Assembly (NCBI GenBank): GCA_034421015.1
Contig: DAOUKT010000013.1
Coordinates: 5,965 to 69,964, forward strand
DNA: 64,000 nucleotides
From: Dehalococcoidia bacterium
Lineage (GTDB): Bacteria; Chloroflexota; Dehalococcoidia; Lucifugimonadales; UBA2985
Direction of reading: 5' to 3'
The position numbers and the translations under genes are program-made. Positions 45,325-55,508 of this stretch are shown here, piece by piece (position 1 is the stretch's first letter; each line of letters begins with the position of its first letter). The notes beneath the pieces are model-generated. The model saw only the letters and a list, made by a program, of their open reading frames with translations. It made no database searches and had not been told where the DNA came from.

Positions 45325-45538
45325 TCATCTCTTCCCTGGTGAACTTTCGTACGCTGGCGCCGTAGTTCTTGCGGAGGTATTCTATAGTCTCCAGGAATGA
45401 GTCCGAGCGGCGGCCGCGCCCAACGTAGTCCTCAAGCCACCGCCGGAACTGGGCGTTGAGCGTCGTGCGCTCCTCCGTGGCCCGCCGCCTCGCCGCCTCG
45501 ATGAGGTTCTCATCCGCGCTCAGGGTTATGTTCTTCAT
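45314..45538 (-). CDS. Antitoxin (RHH/CopG-like) of the PIN pair
   Basis: MKNITLSADE.LIE.AR..A....TTLN..FR.WL; overlaps the toxin start. Confidence 0.85.
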   Translation of the reverse strand: MKNITLSADENLIEAARRRATEERTTLNAQFRRWLEDYVGRGRRSDSFLETIEYLRKNYGASVRKFTREEMNER

Positions 45539-45558
45539 GGCGTCACCTCGCAGCAATA

Positions 45559-45591
45559 GTACACGACGCTAGTGTACACTATATCAGTGTA
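45559..45591. promoter_or_regulatory. Putative TA autorepression operator
   Basis: Perfect palindrome tagtgtacacta (45570-45581), an extra gtacac half-site, and tacact-N5-agtgta, just upstream of the antitoxin. Confidence 0.6.
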
Positions 45592-45659
45592 GGGTGGAAG
45601 AGCGTGTTGCAGGAGGGCACTGGATTGGCAGTGCAGTTGGAATCTTCCCGTTCCGGCCC

Positions 45660-47210
45660 TCAGCCCAGCAGCTCTCTGATTGCCCTGGGGATCTGCGGCA
45701 GCAGGTCCGAAGCCGTCATCCCCGCCTCTCCCAAGTCCGACCTGACTCGCTCGCCGGCCGCTCCGTGCAAGTAGACCCCGCATACGGCTGCGTCCAGGGG
45801 CGATGCGCCCTGGGCCACCAGCCCGGCGATGGCTCCGGCCAGCACGTCTCCCGTGCCCGCCGACGCGAGCCCTGGGTTCGCAAACGGGCTGACCAGCGCC
45901 CGACCGTCCGGTAAGCCGATGGCCGTATACGCCCCCTTCAGCGCTACCACACTGCCCCACTGGGCTGCGTAGCTTCTCGCCGCGCCGATGCGGTCGGCGT
46001 TGACCTTGGCGGAGTCCATGCCTGTCAGCCGGGACATCTCTCCCGGGTGTGGTGTGACCACCACTTCGTTCCTGAGAAGGCGCCACCACTCAGGGACCGA
46101 GGACAGGATGTTCAGGGCGTCGGCGTCCAGGACCATTGGCGGCCCGTCGTAGCGACGGGTGAGGAGCGTCTGCCGCAGGAACGCGGACGTGGCCGGGCTC
46201 TGCCCCAGGCCGCAGCCCGCCAGCAGCGCCTGGTAGCCCGCCGCCTCCGACAGCACAAGCTCCGAGGCATCGGGAGACAGCCCTCCGTCCCTTTCGGGCA
46301 GTGGGAGGAAGGTCGTCTCGGTGAGCTTGGCGGCAAACACGGGCAGGAGGCTTTCTGGCGCGGCCAGCGTCACCAGGCCCGCGCCGGCGCGCGCGGCCCC
46401 CATGCACGCAAGGTACGCCGCGCCAATGTACCGGGCCGACCCGGCTATGACCAGCGTCCTGCCAAACGTTCCCTTGTGGGCGTTCTGTGGCCTACGGGGG
46501 AGGGCGTTCCGCACGCGTTCCGGCGTTATCAGCTCTGTGGGAACATCGTCCGCCAGTGACGGAGGAATGCCGATGTCGACCACCTCCAGTTGGCCCACGC
46601 GGTCCGCTCCCGGAAAGGAGAAGTGGCCCACCTTGGGATAGCCAAGGGCCACGGTCACGTCCGCGGCCGGGCACAGGGGGTCCACCTTGCCGGTGTCGGC
46701 GTTGAGGCCGGTCGGAAGGTCAAGGGCCACCAGCTTCATCCTGTCACGCTCAGCCCGTGCCCTTGCCAGTCGCGACAGGACCTCGGCCATCGTACCCTCG
46801 ATGGGCCGCGACCGGCCGGTTCCGAGCAACGCGTCGATTACGAGATGCGCCGTGCCAAGCAGGCCGTCCAGCGCCTTGAAGGAGGGATCGTCTCCGGCGC
46901 TGACGACAGGCGCGCCCGCCTCTTGCAGAAGACCGAGCTTGGGGTCGGCGTCGCTGCGGGGTGTGGCGAGGTAGGTTGTTGCGTCTACGCCCCACTCCCA
47001 CAGCTGGCGGGCGGCCACAAGCCCGTCGCCGCCGTTGTTGCCGGGGCCCACAAGGACCAGCAGAGGCGCTTTTCGCACGACGTCCAGTCGCTCCCTGGCC
47101 TTGCGCGCCACCGCCAGCCCTGCGTTCTCCATCAGGCTGTCCAGGGAGACGCCTTGCTGGACGCACCGCTCCTCTATGCGGCGCATCTCCTCAACTGTGA
47201 CTATCTTCAT
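45660..47210 (-). CDS. nnr: Bifunctional NAD(P)H-hydrate epimerase/dehydratase
   Basis: LMENAG, GPGNNGGDG, DALLGTG, HKG.FG, DADAL, TPHPGEM and GTGDVLAG motifs. Confidence 0.96.
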   Translation of the reverse strand: MKIVTVEEMRRIEERCVQQGVSLDSLMENAGLAVARKARERLDVVRKAPLLVLVGPGNNGGDGLVAARQLWEWGVDATTYLATPRSDADPKLGLLQEAGAPVVSAGDDPSFKALDGLLGTAHLVIDALLGTGRSRPIEGTMAEVLSRLARARAERDRMKLVALDLPTGLNADTGKVDPLCPAADVTVALGYPKVGHFSFPGADRVGQLEVVDIGIPPSLADDVPTELITPERVRNALPRRPQNAHKGTFGRTLVIAGSARYIGAAYLACMGAARAGAGLVTLAAPESLLPVFAAKLTETTFLPLPERDGGLSPDASELVLSEAAGYQALLAGCGLGQSPATSAFLRQTLLTRRYDGPPMVLDADALNILSSVPEWWRLLRNEVVVTPHPGEMSRLTGMDSAKVNADRIGAARSYAAQWGSVVALKGAYTAIGLPDGRALVSPFANPGLASAGTGDVLAGAIAGLVAQGASPLDAAVCGVYLHGAAGERVRSDLGEAGMTASDLLPQIPRAIRELLG

Positions 47211-47571
47211 CTATGCTCATCACTACGGAGGCCACGGCGTACTCCTGGGAGTGGGAGAGGCTTATGGCCACCTGGGTAACGCCCATGCGCTCCGCCCTGG
47301 CCTTGCCCCGGTTGTGCAAGGCGATCTGGGGCGGGCCGCCGCGCCTGCGAGTGACCTGGATGTCCTTCCAGCCGACGCCCCTGATGCCGGTGCCAAGGGC
47401 CTTCATCACGGCCTCCTTGGCGGCGAATCGGGAGGCCAGCTGGGGGATGCGTCCCCGGCAGTAGGTCTGCTCCTCCGGCGTGTAGATGCGGTCCAGGAAC
47501 CTCTGCCCCCACCGCTCGTAGACGGCCTTTATCCGCGAAAGCTCGACAATGTCCACGCCTACGGTCAGCAT
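47191..47571 (-). CDS. acpS: Holo-ACP synthase
   Basis: GVDIVE..RI, RFAAKEAVMKALGTG and SLSHS..YAVA motifs; start MLTVG at 47571. Confidence 0.96.
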   Translation of the reverse strand: MLTVGVDIVELSRIKAVYERWGQRFLDRIYTPEEQTYCRGRIPQLASRFAAKEAVMKALGTGIRGVGWKDIQVTRRRGGPPQIALHNRGKARAERMGVTQVAISLSHSQEYAVASVVMSIDEDSHS

Positions 47572-47575
47572 CGCC

Positions 47576-48466
47576 TCACCCGACACTCCGCCGCTCCGCA
47601 ATCCCGCTCAGCTCCAGTAGCTTCGGGATGTGCCGCTCCCAGCCGATGGCCATGATGTGGACGCCGTCGCAGACGTCACGGGCCTCCCGGACGATCCGCG
47701 CCGCTATCTCCACGCTCGCCTGGGTCTTGTCACCTGCGCCGTCCATCTCGGCGATTAGCTCGTCCGGGACGTGTACGCCGGGCAGGTTCCGGTTCATGCT
47801 GCGGGCCATGTCCCCCGACTTCAAGAGAATGATGCCCGCGATAACGGGAGTCCCGAAGGGTTTCACCCGGGCCATGAAGTCCGCCAGGTCCGGGGTCTCG
47901 AATACGGCCTGGGTCTGGAAGAACTGCGCGCCTGCGGCGACCTTCTCCTCCATCCGTATGATCTCGTCCGCCAGCTCACTTGCGAAGGGATTGACGGCGG
48001 CGCCCAGATAAAAGCCGGGCGCGCCCCTCAGCGGGCTGCCGCCCATGTCCGCGCCCCTGGCGAGGGATGCCGCCGTCTCCAGCAGCCTTATGGAGTCCAG
48101 GTCGAAAACCGTCTTCGCGTCGGGATGATCGCCCGCGTCTATGGGGTCGCCGGTCAGGCACAGGATGTTCTCGACGCCCAGCACGCTGGCCGCCAGCAGG
48201 TCGCCCTGGATCGCGATGCGGTTGCGGTCGCGGCAAGTGACCTGAAGGATGGGCTCCAGTCCTCGCTCGTGCATCTGGGGAGCGAGGGCCAGGGGGCTGA
48301 CGCTCATGTGGGAGCCCTGGTGGTCGGTTATGTTCACGGCGTCCACCAGGCCGCGCATGACGTCCGCCCTGGACAGGGTTTCCGTAAGGTCCACGCCCTT
48401 GGGAGGGGTGATCTCCGCCGTCACGACGAAATCGCCGGACTGCAGAAGCTGGGAGAGATTGGACAA
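47576..48466 (-). CDS. metF: 5,10-methylenetetrahydrofolate reductase
   Basis: TAEI.PPKG, CRDRNRIA.Q.DL, LCLTGD, K..AGA.FFQTQ and GVHIM motifs. Confidence 0.92.
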   Translation of the reverse strand: MSNLSQLLQSGDFVVTAEITPPKGVDLTETLSRADVMRGLVDAVNITDHQGSHMSVSPLALAPQMHERGLEPILQVTCRDRNRIAIQGDLLAASVLGVENILCLTGDPIDAGDHPDAKTVFDLDSIRLLETAASLARGADMGGSPLRGAPGFYLGAAVNPFASELADEIIRMEEKVAAGAQFFQTQAVFETPDLADFMARVKPFGTPVIAGIILLKSGDMARSMNRNLPGVHVPDELIAEMDGAGDKTQASVEIAARIVREARDVCDGVHIMAIGWERHIPKLLELSGIAERRSVG

Positions 48467-48598
48467 GAGGCCTCCTGTGCAGGTTCAGGTAGTGGGTCGA
48501 GTAATTATATTCTTGGCAGTCAGGGCGTGTCCACTGGCGTTGTTAGACGATGGCCTGTGTGCTACGATTTGCGCAAGGCTACGGGCAGGAGGCCGCAC

Positions 48599-49492
48599 TT
48601 GAGCGCATCCATCATCGACGGCAACAAGATCTCCAAAGACATACGCGGCGAGGTCGCCGAGGGCGTGAAGGAGTTCAAGGAACGTCACGGATACGCCCCG
48701 GGGCTGGCAGCCGTCCTGGTGGGAGACGACCCCGCATCCGCGGTCTACGTCCGCAACAAGGAGCGCGCCTGCGCAGAGGCCGGAATCTTCTCGGAGACCT
48801 TCAACCTGCCGAAAGAAAGCGCCCAGGACCAGGTGATAGAGCATGTCCAGAAGCTCAACCTGGACGACCGCTTCCACGGCATCCTGGTGCAGCTGCCCCT
48901 GCCTCCCCAGATAGACGAGCGAGCGGTGATTGCCGCGATGGACCCGGACAAGGACGTGGATGGCCTGCATCCCGTGAACATGGGACGACTGATGGAGGGC
49001 CGACCCCTATTCGTGCCTGGGACTCCTGCGGGCGTGCAGCAGCTCCTTGTGCGCACAGGCAACAGCCCGGAGGGCAAGAACGTTGTCGTGTGCGGCCGCA
49101 GCGACATCGTTGGCAAGCCCGTGGCCATGCTCCTGATGCAGAAGCAGGACGGGGCCAACGCCACGGTCACCGTCTGCCACACCGGCACCAGGGACCTGCC
49201 CCAGGTCACCAGGTCGGCGGACGTGCTCATTGCGGCAATGGGCCGCGCCAGGGCCATCACCGCGGACATGGTCAAGGACGGCGCGGTGGTCATCGACGTG
49301 GGGATCAATCGGGTGGACGACGCCACGCGGCAGCGTGGCTACAGGCTTGAGGGGGACGTGGACTACGAAGAGGTCTCGAAGAAGGCCTCGGCCATCACGC
49401 CCGTGCCGGGGGGCGTCGGCCCAATGACCGTGGCGATGCTCCTGAGCAACACCCTCAAGGCGGCCCGGCACAGGGCGGAGTCCCGGTCTTAG
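48599..49492 (+). CDS. folD: Methylenetetrahydrofolate dehydrogenase/cyclohydrolase
   Basis: TTG start after GGAGG; IIDG, PGLA.VLVG.DPAS..YV..K, KDVDG.HP.N, GRS.IVGKP and ITPVPGGVGPMT motifs. Confidence 0.97.
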   Translation: MSASIIDGNKISKDIRGEVAEGVKEFKERHGYAPGLAAVLVGDDPASAVYVRNKERACAEAGIFSETFNLPKESAQDQVIEHVQKLNLDDRFHGILVQLPLPPQIDERAVIAAMDPDKDVDGLHPVNMGRLMEGRPLFVPGTPAGVQQLLVRTGNSPEGKNVVVCGRSDIVGKPVAMLLMQKQDGANATVTVCHTGTRDLPQVTRSADVLIAAMGRARAITADMVKDGAVVIDVGINRVDDATRQRGYRLEGDVDYEEVSKKASAITPVPGGVGPMTVAMLLSNTLKAARHRAESRS

Positions 49493-49528
49493 GCTGCATT
49501 ACGGCCCTTCTCGCCCCGGTTCGCCCGG

Positions 49529-49900
49529 CTACCTCCGGGCATTCAAGACCGCCGTGAAGACGAGGGCAAGGGCCGCCGGAATGTAGAGCATCCCGATGGA
49601 GGCGGCCGCCAGCACGCAGAGCCCGGAGAGCCCCAGGGCGATGCCCCACAGAAGCGCTTCGCTGGCGCGTCCCCGCCATACGGCCATCAGCACGACGCCG
49701 GTCAGAAGCACCGGAACGAGAAGCACAAAGGCTCCGTAGAGGCCGGACACCTCAAGCAGGGTTTGGGTATCCGGTTCGCCCCCGTTGGAAGACCCGCTAT
49801 AAGCAGGCCCAAGAGCCAGGAATAGGCCCGGAACCCACGCCAGAACATGGGCCGCTGCCGCGATTATCACCGTGGCCTTGGGAGAACTGAACATCTGCAT
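49529..49900 (-). CDS. Hypothetical membrane protein (4 TM)
   Basis: Four hydrophobic stretches; RBS-like AAGGG upstream. Confidence 0.6.
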   Translation of the reverse strand: MQMFSSPKATVIIAAAAHVLAWVPGLFLALGPAYSGSSNGGEPDTQTLLEVSGLYGAFVLLVPVLLTGVVLMAVWRGRASEALLWGIALGLSGLCVLAAASIGMLYIPAALALVFTAVLNARR

Positions 49901-50062
49901 AAGTATCCCTTTGCGCTGAGCCAGCGCCGCTCGGCGGGTCTAAAACGAATCGTAGTCCCTTTCAGCCAATTGGGTCAATGCAGCGGCGTCGCGTCGCTGG
50001 ACTCTTCATTGTGTTAGAATCCGCCCAAAGCCGTTTCAAGTATACGATGTGAGGTGCACGCT

Positions 50063-51079
50063 ATGGTCGAGGGAGTGAACCGCCAGGTAGTGCTGGCAGC
50101 CCGTCCCGTTGGCTATCCCCAGGAGCAGGACTTCCAGCTGAGGGACGCGCCCATGCCCGATCTTGGAGAGCGGCAGGTGCTGGTGCGCAACCTGTGGCTT
50201 TCCCTGGACCCCTACATGCGGGGCCGCATGAGCGACGCCCCATCCTACACGGCATCCGTGGAGATAGGCGACGTGATGGTGGGAGGGACCGTCGGCAGGG
50301 TGGTTGCCAGCAACAGCCGGGACTTTGCGACGGGCGAGATTGTCCAGGGGCAGCTTGGCTGGCAGGACTACGCCGTCTCCAACGGGACCAACCTCCGCAA
50401 GCTGGACCCGAACCAGGCCCCGGTTTCCACGGCGTTGGGTGTCCTTGGAATGCCCGGCCTCACCGCCTACTTCGGGCTGTTCGAGGTGTGCCGTCCTAAG
50501 CCGGGCGACACTGTTGTGGTGTCGGCGGCGTCCGGGGCCGTGGGCGCGGTGGTCGGGCAGCTGGCGAAGATGGCCGGTTGTAGAGTTGTGGGCACGGCGG
50601 GGACCCCGGAGAAGATCGACTACATCACCGATGAGCTTGGCTTCGACGCGGGCATCAACTACAGGACGGAGGACGTGAGGGCCCGTCTGGAGGAGGCGTG
50701 CCCGGACGGCGTGGACGTCTACTTCGATAACGTGGGCGGCCCTGTGACGGACGCCGTGTTGGAGCTGTTGGGCTACCGCGCCCGCGTTGCCATCTGCGGC
50801 CAGATGTCCCAGTACAACCTTGAGACGCCGGACACAGACCCTCGGAACCTGAGGAACCTCCTGACAAAGCAGGCGACTGTGGAGGGGTTCATTGTCGGGC
50901 GGTTTGCAGACCGCAACGATGAGGCCCTGCGCCGCCTGACCCGGTGGGTGAGGGAAGGCCGGCTCAAGTACAGGGAGGACGTGGTCGACGGACTTGAAAA
51001 CGCTCCCCGGGCCTTCATGGGTCTGATGCGCGGCGAGAACTTCGGGAAGCAGCTTATCAGGGTCTCAGAAGAGAGCTGA
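50063..51079 (+). CDS. NADP-dependent oxidoreductase (CurA/prostaglandin reductase-like MDR)
   Basis: LSLDPYMRGRM, LGMPG.TAYFGL, VSAASGAVG and YFDNVGG motifs. Confidence 0.93.
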   Translation: MVEGVNRQVVLAARPVGYPQEQDFQLRDAPMPDLGERQVLVRNLWLSLDPYMRGRMSDAPSYTASVEIGDVMVGGTVGRVVASNSRDFATGEIVQGQLGWQDYAVSNGTNLRKLDPNQAPVSTALGVLGMPGLTAYFGLFEVCRPKPGDTVVVSAASGAVGAVVGQLAKMAGCRVVGTAGTPEKIDYITDELGFDAGINYRTEDVRARLEEACPDGVDVYFDNVGGPVTDAVLELLGYRARVAICGQMSQYNLETPDTDPRNLRNLLTKQATVEGFIVGRFADRNDEALRRLTRWVREGRLKYREDVVDGLENAPRAFMGLMRGENFGKQLIRVSEES

Positions 51080-51102
51080 GGGCGAGAGTAGCCACACCAT
51101 CC

Positions 51103-51235
51103 TTGGATGCCTGCCTTCGGAGACCTTGGAATAACCTCAGTTGCGGTGCGCGCCTCCCGACCATTCCTGCGGAAGCAGGAATCCAGTGTCCTTGGGGCTA
51201 GGGAAAATAGACCCCTGCCTGCGCAGGGGTGGTCT
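51103..51235. repeat. REP cluster with one MITE end (from 51119)
   Basis: ggatgcctgc-CTTC then ggagaccttggaataac TIR and MITE-homologous interior to ~51186; a further REP lies at ~51212-51235. Confidence 0.65.
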
Positions 51236-51292
51236 GGTCAATCTGCCAGTTCATTTGCTTCGACATGCTCAGCATGAGCGGGGCGACAGCGC

Positions 51293-52171
51293 CTAAGGCG
51301 CGAGGAACTCCACCAGGGTCTCTGCCAGCAGGCGCGGCTGCTCGTAGCCGATGTCGTGGCCGGAGTCCGGTATCCACACAGCTTTGCTGCCGGGCAATGC
51401 GGACTGGGCCGTCTCCACGTTCTGCCTGCGACGCTGGAGGTACTCCGGGTTCGTGCCCGCGCGGCCGGCGGCTGCCACCATCAGCGTGGGGCATTGCACC
51501 CTGGGCAGCATATTGTAAGCGGGGTCGGAGAACATCGCCCACAGCATCTGATGCTGGTTTGAAAGCTCCAGGCATTCATCGACGGTGCCGTCTGGGTTGA
51601 CGCGCACCATCGTCATAACAATGTACTCAAGCTGCTCGCTCCAGCAGTGCTCGAACTGGCTCCGCAGCGCACCAAGATACCGCTCCCTGGGGCCGTAAAT
51701 GTCCCTGGGGCTCAGGCGTTCTCTGAACTCCTCCCACGTAGTGTTCGCTGCCATTGGCCTGCCGAACCCGCCGTCTATCATGGCAAGGGCGGTGACGCGG
51801 TCCGGGTGCAGAGCGGCCAACGCCAGGGCGACGCTCGCTCCCCAGGAGTGGCCCATGACGGCGGCGCGGTCGATTCCCAGCGCGTCCATGGTCCCGATGA
51901 CGTCCCCCGCGAGGGTGGCCCAGTCGTAGCCGGTGGAGGGCTGGTCGGTCTTGCCGTGGCCCCGCTGGTCCGGCGCGATGATCCTGACGCTGTCCCGGAG
52001 GTGGGGAATGGTCAGGTCGTACCAGTGGGCCGAGGAAGCGGCCCCGTGGAGCGCAATTGCGGGCGGCCCGTCGCCGTCCCAGTCCATGTAGTGGACGTTC
52101 AGGTCGCCGACCTTGAGCCACCGGCCCGGCGGATGGGTATTCTCCATTTCGCTATGGCTCATTGCGGACAC
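51293..52171 (-). CDS. Alpha/beta hydrolase
   Basis: LHG, PDQRGHG.T, nucleophile GHSWG and SGH catalytic His. Confidence 0.9.
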   Translation of the reverse strand: MSAMSHSEMENTHPPGRWLKVGDLNVHYMDWDGDGPPAIALHGAASSAHWYDLTIPHLRDSVRIIAPDQRGHGKTDQPSTGYDWATLAGDVIGTMDALGIDRAAVMGHSWGASVALALAALHPDRVTALAMIDGGFGRPMAANTTWEEFRERLSPRDIYGPRERYLGALRSQFEHCWSEQLEYIVMTMVRVNPDGTVDECLELSNQHQMLWAMFSDPAYNMLPRVQCPTLMVAAAGRAGTNPEYLQRRRQNVETAQSALPGSKAVWIPDSGHDIGYEQPRLLAETLVEFLAP

Positions 52172-52195
52172 ATCATATCACGGACGTTGGTCTGC

Positions 52196-54712
52196 TCACA
52201 GCGCGCGGACGGCGTTCTCAATCTCGATGGTCGCGTCTTGGTAGGCCGTCGTGGGAGGGAAGATCATCGGCTCACCAAAGCGGATCTCCACAGACCCGCG
52301 CTTGAGAATCGGGAACCCGGTGGGTGACCCCAGGCGGTTGATGTGAAGCTTCATTGGCACAACCGGCAGGCGTCCCTCGACGGCCACCATGCCCGTCCCG
52401 TTCATGAACGGCTTGATGGGACCTCCGACCGTCAGCTCTCCCTCCGGGTAGATCAGCACCGACCAGCCGTCGTCCAGTATCTTACCCATGTTCTCCAGGC
52501 TGGGCCTGACGGCTCCAGTCTGGGCGATGGGAAACCCGTTGCCCAGCAGGGGGTTCAGCACCCAGAATACGGGGTTCTTCCACAGCGCGGCGGCTCCGGC
52601 GATGGCCAGCCGCCTGCGCCAGGACGAAGGGATTGCCTTGATGATAAGTGGGTTGTCCAGCCCCAGGTTGTGGTTGGACGCGAACAGCACCGGGCCATCG
52701 ACGCCCTGCAGCTTCTCCCGCCCCGTTACCTTGAGGCCGTAGGGGAGCCACAGAACCGGGAACAGCACCAGACGCTGGATGAAGCCCCGCATCATCCGGC
52801 ACCACCAGTCCATTCCCCAGTCCGGGAACTTTGTGACCGGCGGGTTGGAAGCTCCCTCCTCCAGTATCTGCCCCAGCTGCCGCAGGGTGGTCTCCGGCTC
52901 CACCTGGCTCTCGTCCAGGTATACGCCCAGGTCCGCTTCAATCGCGGACAACAGCTCGACCCTGCCCAGGGAGTCGAGGTTGAGGTCGTCGCCCAGTGTC
53001 ATGTCCGGCTCAATCCGCGAGGCGTCCAGCGTCGCAACCTCCGCCACGATGTCGACCAGGCCCCTCGCTCCGTTCTGGCTTCCCGATGGCGCGGGCGACG
53101 GACGGCTCGCGGCCGGCTCTTCGGCGGCCGTATTTCCCAAGAGCCTCTCTATCAGCACCGGTTTCCTGACCTTCAGCGTGTGGGTGCGGGGAAAGTCCTC
53201 CTCCGGCCAGACGGTGAAGCCCCTGACCCGCTGCTGCTCCGCCAGTTGCGAGTTGGCCCATGCGACCACGGCATCAGGGTCCTCCGCCTCATTGAGTATA
53301 AGCGCGGCGTGTACCTCCACCGAGCTGCCCCTGGGCAGGCCCACCACGGCCGAGTCGGTAACGCCGGGGTGCCGGTTGAGCACGGCCTGGATATCGTCGG
53401 GGTAGACGTTCTGGCCGCTGGGCAGGACAATCATGTCCTTCATCCGGCCGCGGATGTGCAGGAAGCCCTCCTCGTCGAAGTACCCCAGGTCGCCGGTCTT
53501 GTACCAGCCGTCCTGGAAGGTCGAGGCCGTCTGCTCGGGGGCATTCCAGTAGCCGGGCGAGATGTTGTCGCCCCGGGCCAGTATCTCCCCCTCATCGCTG
53601 ATCCTGACCTCAACGTTGGGCAGCGGGCGGCCCACGGAGTCCGGCCTGCGCTCCCCGATGGTGTGATTGCTGATGACGGGAGAGGCCTCCGTTGCGCCGT
53701 AGCCCTGCACTATCTTCACGCCCAGCAGCTCCCACTTGCGGCCAAGCTCCGGGTCCAGGGCCGCGCCGCCGGAGACGATGAAGTCCAGCTTGCCGCCGAA
53801 CTGCCTGTGCACCCGCCCGAAGAGGCGTCGCCTGAGGCCAAAGGGAGTCTTCTCGGCCAGCTTCAGCAGCTTGCCCCAGAGGGCCTCCTTCCCCTGGCGG
53901 CGCACCTCCCGCTCGATGCCGTTCATCAGAAGCTCCAGCCCCTGGGGCACAAGCAGCATGGTTGTAATCTGCCGCTCGCGCATGGTGCGGGCCAGCACCG
54001 TCGGCTGGCGGCTGGTTGGATACGTGACGCTGGCCCCAAAGAACATCACCGCAAGCAGGCCGCCCATCTGCTCGTACATGTGGCTCAGGGGCAGAATGGA
54101 CAAGAGGCGGCTGGAAGTGTCGCAGGTGATGTACTGGGAGATTCCCTCGATGTTGGCGGTCAGGTTCCGGTGCGTGAGCATAACGCCCTTGGGGTCGCCC
54201 GTTGTGCCAGACGTGAACATGATCTCCGCCAGGTCGTCCGGCTCTATGTCCACGTGGGACGGCTCCGGCAGCCCTTGAATGAGGCCCTCCAACTCCTCGA
54301 ACGTGATCTCCGGCAGGCCGAGATCTACGTCGTTCTTGGGCGTGAAGCGCGAGGTGAAGGCCAGCCTGGGCGTTATCCTGGAAATGACCCGCTCCACGTA
54401 GTCCGGGGCGCTGCGCAGGTCCAGGGGCACCGCCACGACGCCGGCTCGCAGGCAGCCAAAGAGGATGAGCACCCACTGCGGCGAGTTGGGCCCCCACAGG
54501 ACTACTTGGTCTCCCTTCTCAAGCCCCCGGCTCTGCAACAGGGAGGCGACCTGCCCGGACTCCCGCCAGAGACGGTCGTAGGACCAGCGCTGGTAACGGA
54601 AGCCGGGCTTGAAGAGAAGGGCGTCGCGCGGGCCGTGGTAGCGGACGCTGTTCCGCAGGAACTCTACCAGCGTCGTCCCCACATTTGCGCCGGCTGTGCG
54701 TGTCTGCCTCAT
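52196..54712 (-). CDS. Trifunctional AMP-dependent acyl ligase - ACP - PlsC-type acyltransferase
   Basis: FTSGTTG.PKG, GYG.TE and TGDLG adenylation motifs; LDSL phosphopantetheine site; NHNLGLD (H-x4-D) and YPEG acyltransferase motifs. Confidence 0.92.
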   Translation of the reverse strand: MRQTRTAGANVGTTLVEFLRNSVRYHGPRDALLFKPGFRYQRWSYDRLWRESGQVASLLQSRGLEKGDQVVLWGPNSPQWVLILFGCLRAGVVAVPLDLRSAPDYVERVISRITPRLAFTSRFTPKNDVDLGLPEITFEELEGLIQGLPEPSHVDIEPDDLAEIMFTSGTTGDPKGVMLTHRNLTANIEGISQYITCDTSSRLLSILPLSHMYEQMGGLLAVMFFGASVTYPTSRQPTVLARTMRERQITTMLLVPQGLELLMNGIEREVRRQGKEALWGKLLKLAEKTPFGLRRRLFGRVHRQFGGKLDFIVSGGAALDPELGRKWELLGVKIVQGYGATEASPVISNHTIGERRPDSVGRPLPNVEVRISDEGEILARGDNISPGYWNAPEQTASTFQDGWYKTGDLGYFDEEGFLHIRGRMKDMIVLPSGQNVYPDDIQAVLNRHPGVTDSAVVGLPRGSSVEVHAALILNEAEDPDAVVAWANSQLAEQQRVRGFTVWPEEDFPRTHTLKVRKPVLIERLLGNTAAEEPAASRPSPAPSGSQNGARGLVDIVAEVATLDASRIEPDMTLGDDLNLDSLGRVELLSAIEADLGVYLDESQVEPETTLRQLGQILEEGASNPPVTKFPDWGMDWWCRMMRGFIQRLVLFPVLWLPYGLKVTGREKLQGVDGPVLFASNHNLGLDNPLIIKAIPSSWRRRLAIAGAAALWKNPVFWVLNPLLGNGFPIAQTGAVRPSLENMGKILDDGWSVLIYPEGELTVGGPIKPFMNGTGMVAVEGRLPVVPMKLHINRLGSPTGFPILKRGSVEIRFGEPMIFPPTTAYQDATIEIENAVRAL

Positions 54713-54791
54713 TCAAGCCTCCTGGCTGTGGATGTAACGGGAATATTGTATCGCAAAGCGCAACTTTGTGCTAATGCGCCAGGGCCTCCAC

Positions 54792-55508
54792 CTACATCGC
54801 GACGCGCTGCCAAAGCATACTGCTGAGGGCGCCCCGGGCCCCGCTTCGCATGGGCGAAAAGTGGCTGAAGCATATCGTATCGAAGTCCAGGTCAAGGAGC
54901 TTCCGCAGCGACTCGATAGCCTGCTCCGGGTTCTCGGTGACGCCCTGGGCGGGCGGAGAGAGCTTGAGGGACAGCTTGTACTGGAGCGCGTCACCAATGA
55001 TGACCAGCCTCCGGTCCGGCAGGAAGAGGCCTATGCTTCCTGCCGTGTGGCCGGGCAGGTGAACGACCTGCACCGGGAATCCGAAGGGAATCATATCCCC
55101 GTCCTCAAGCTCAACGTCTACCCTGGTGGGAGGGCCGCTAATCCTCTCGATCACCTGGGTGGTGATGCGTGACACCAGGTTGTTCTGGACCGGCGCAGGC
55201 GGCTGCTCCACGCCGGTTAGGACGCCGGCCTCCAGCCTGTGGGCCATGACTGCGATCTCTCTCCCGGACACCAACTCCAGCGCGCCGGCGGCGTGGTCCG
55301 GGTGGCGGTGGGTGATGACCAGGGTCTTCACCCGGTCTATGGAAAGCCCGATGGCTTCCAGGCTCTCGATGATCATCCCGGAGCTGCCCTTCATCCCGGC
55401 GTCCACGAGGATGATCTCGTCGCCGTGGGCCATGACCGTCACCCTGGCGCCAATGGCGCGTATCTGAAAAACCCCGTCAGCTACGCGAATGGGGTTGCCC
55501 AGCTTCAT
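54792..55508 (-). CDS. Metallo-beta-lactamase-fold hydrolase
   Basis: LVDAG, THRHPDH, PGHT.GS, GDA and FSH motifs. Confidence 0.9.
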   Translation of the reverse strand: MKLGNPIRVADGVFQIRAIGARVTVMAHGDEIILVDAGMKGSSGMIIESLEAIGLSIDRVKTLVITHRHPDHAAGALELVSGREIAVMAHRLEAGVLTGVEQPPAPVQNNLVSRITTQVIERISGPPTRVDVELEDGDMIPFGFPVQVVHLPGHTAGSIGLFLPDRRLVIIGDALQYKLSLKLSPPAQGVTENPEQAIESLRKLLDLDFDTICFSHFSPMRSGARGALSSMLWQRVAM

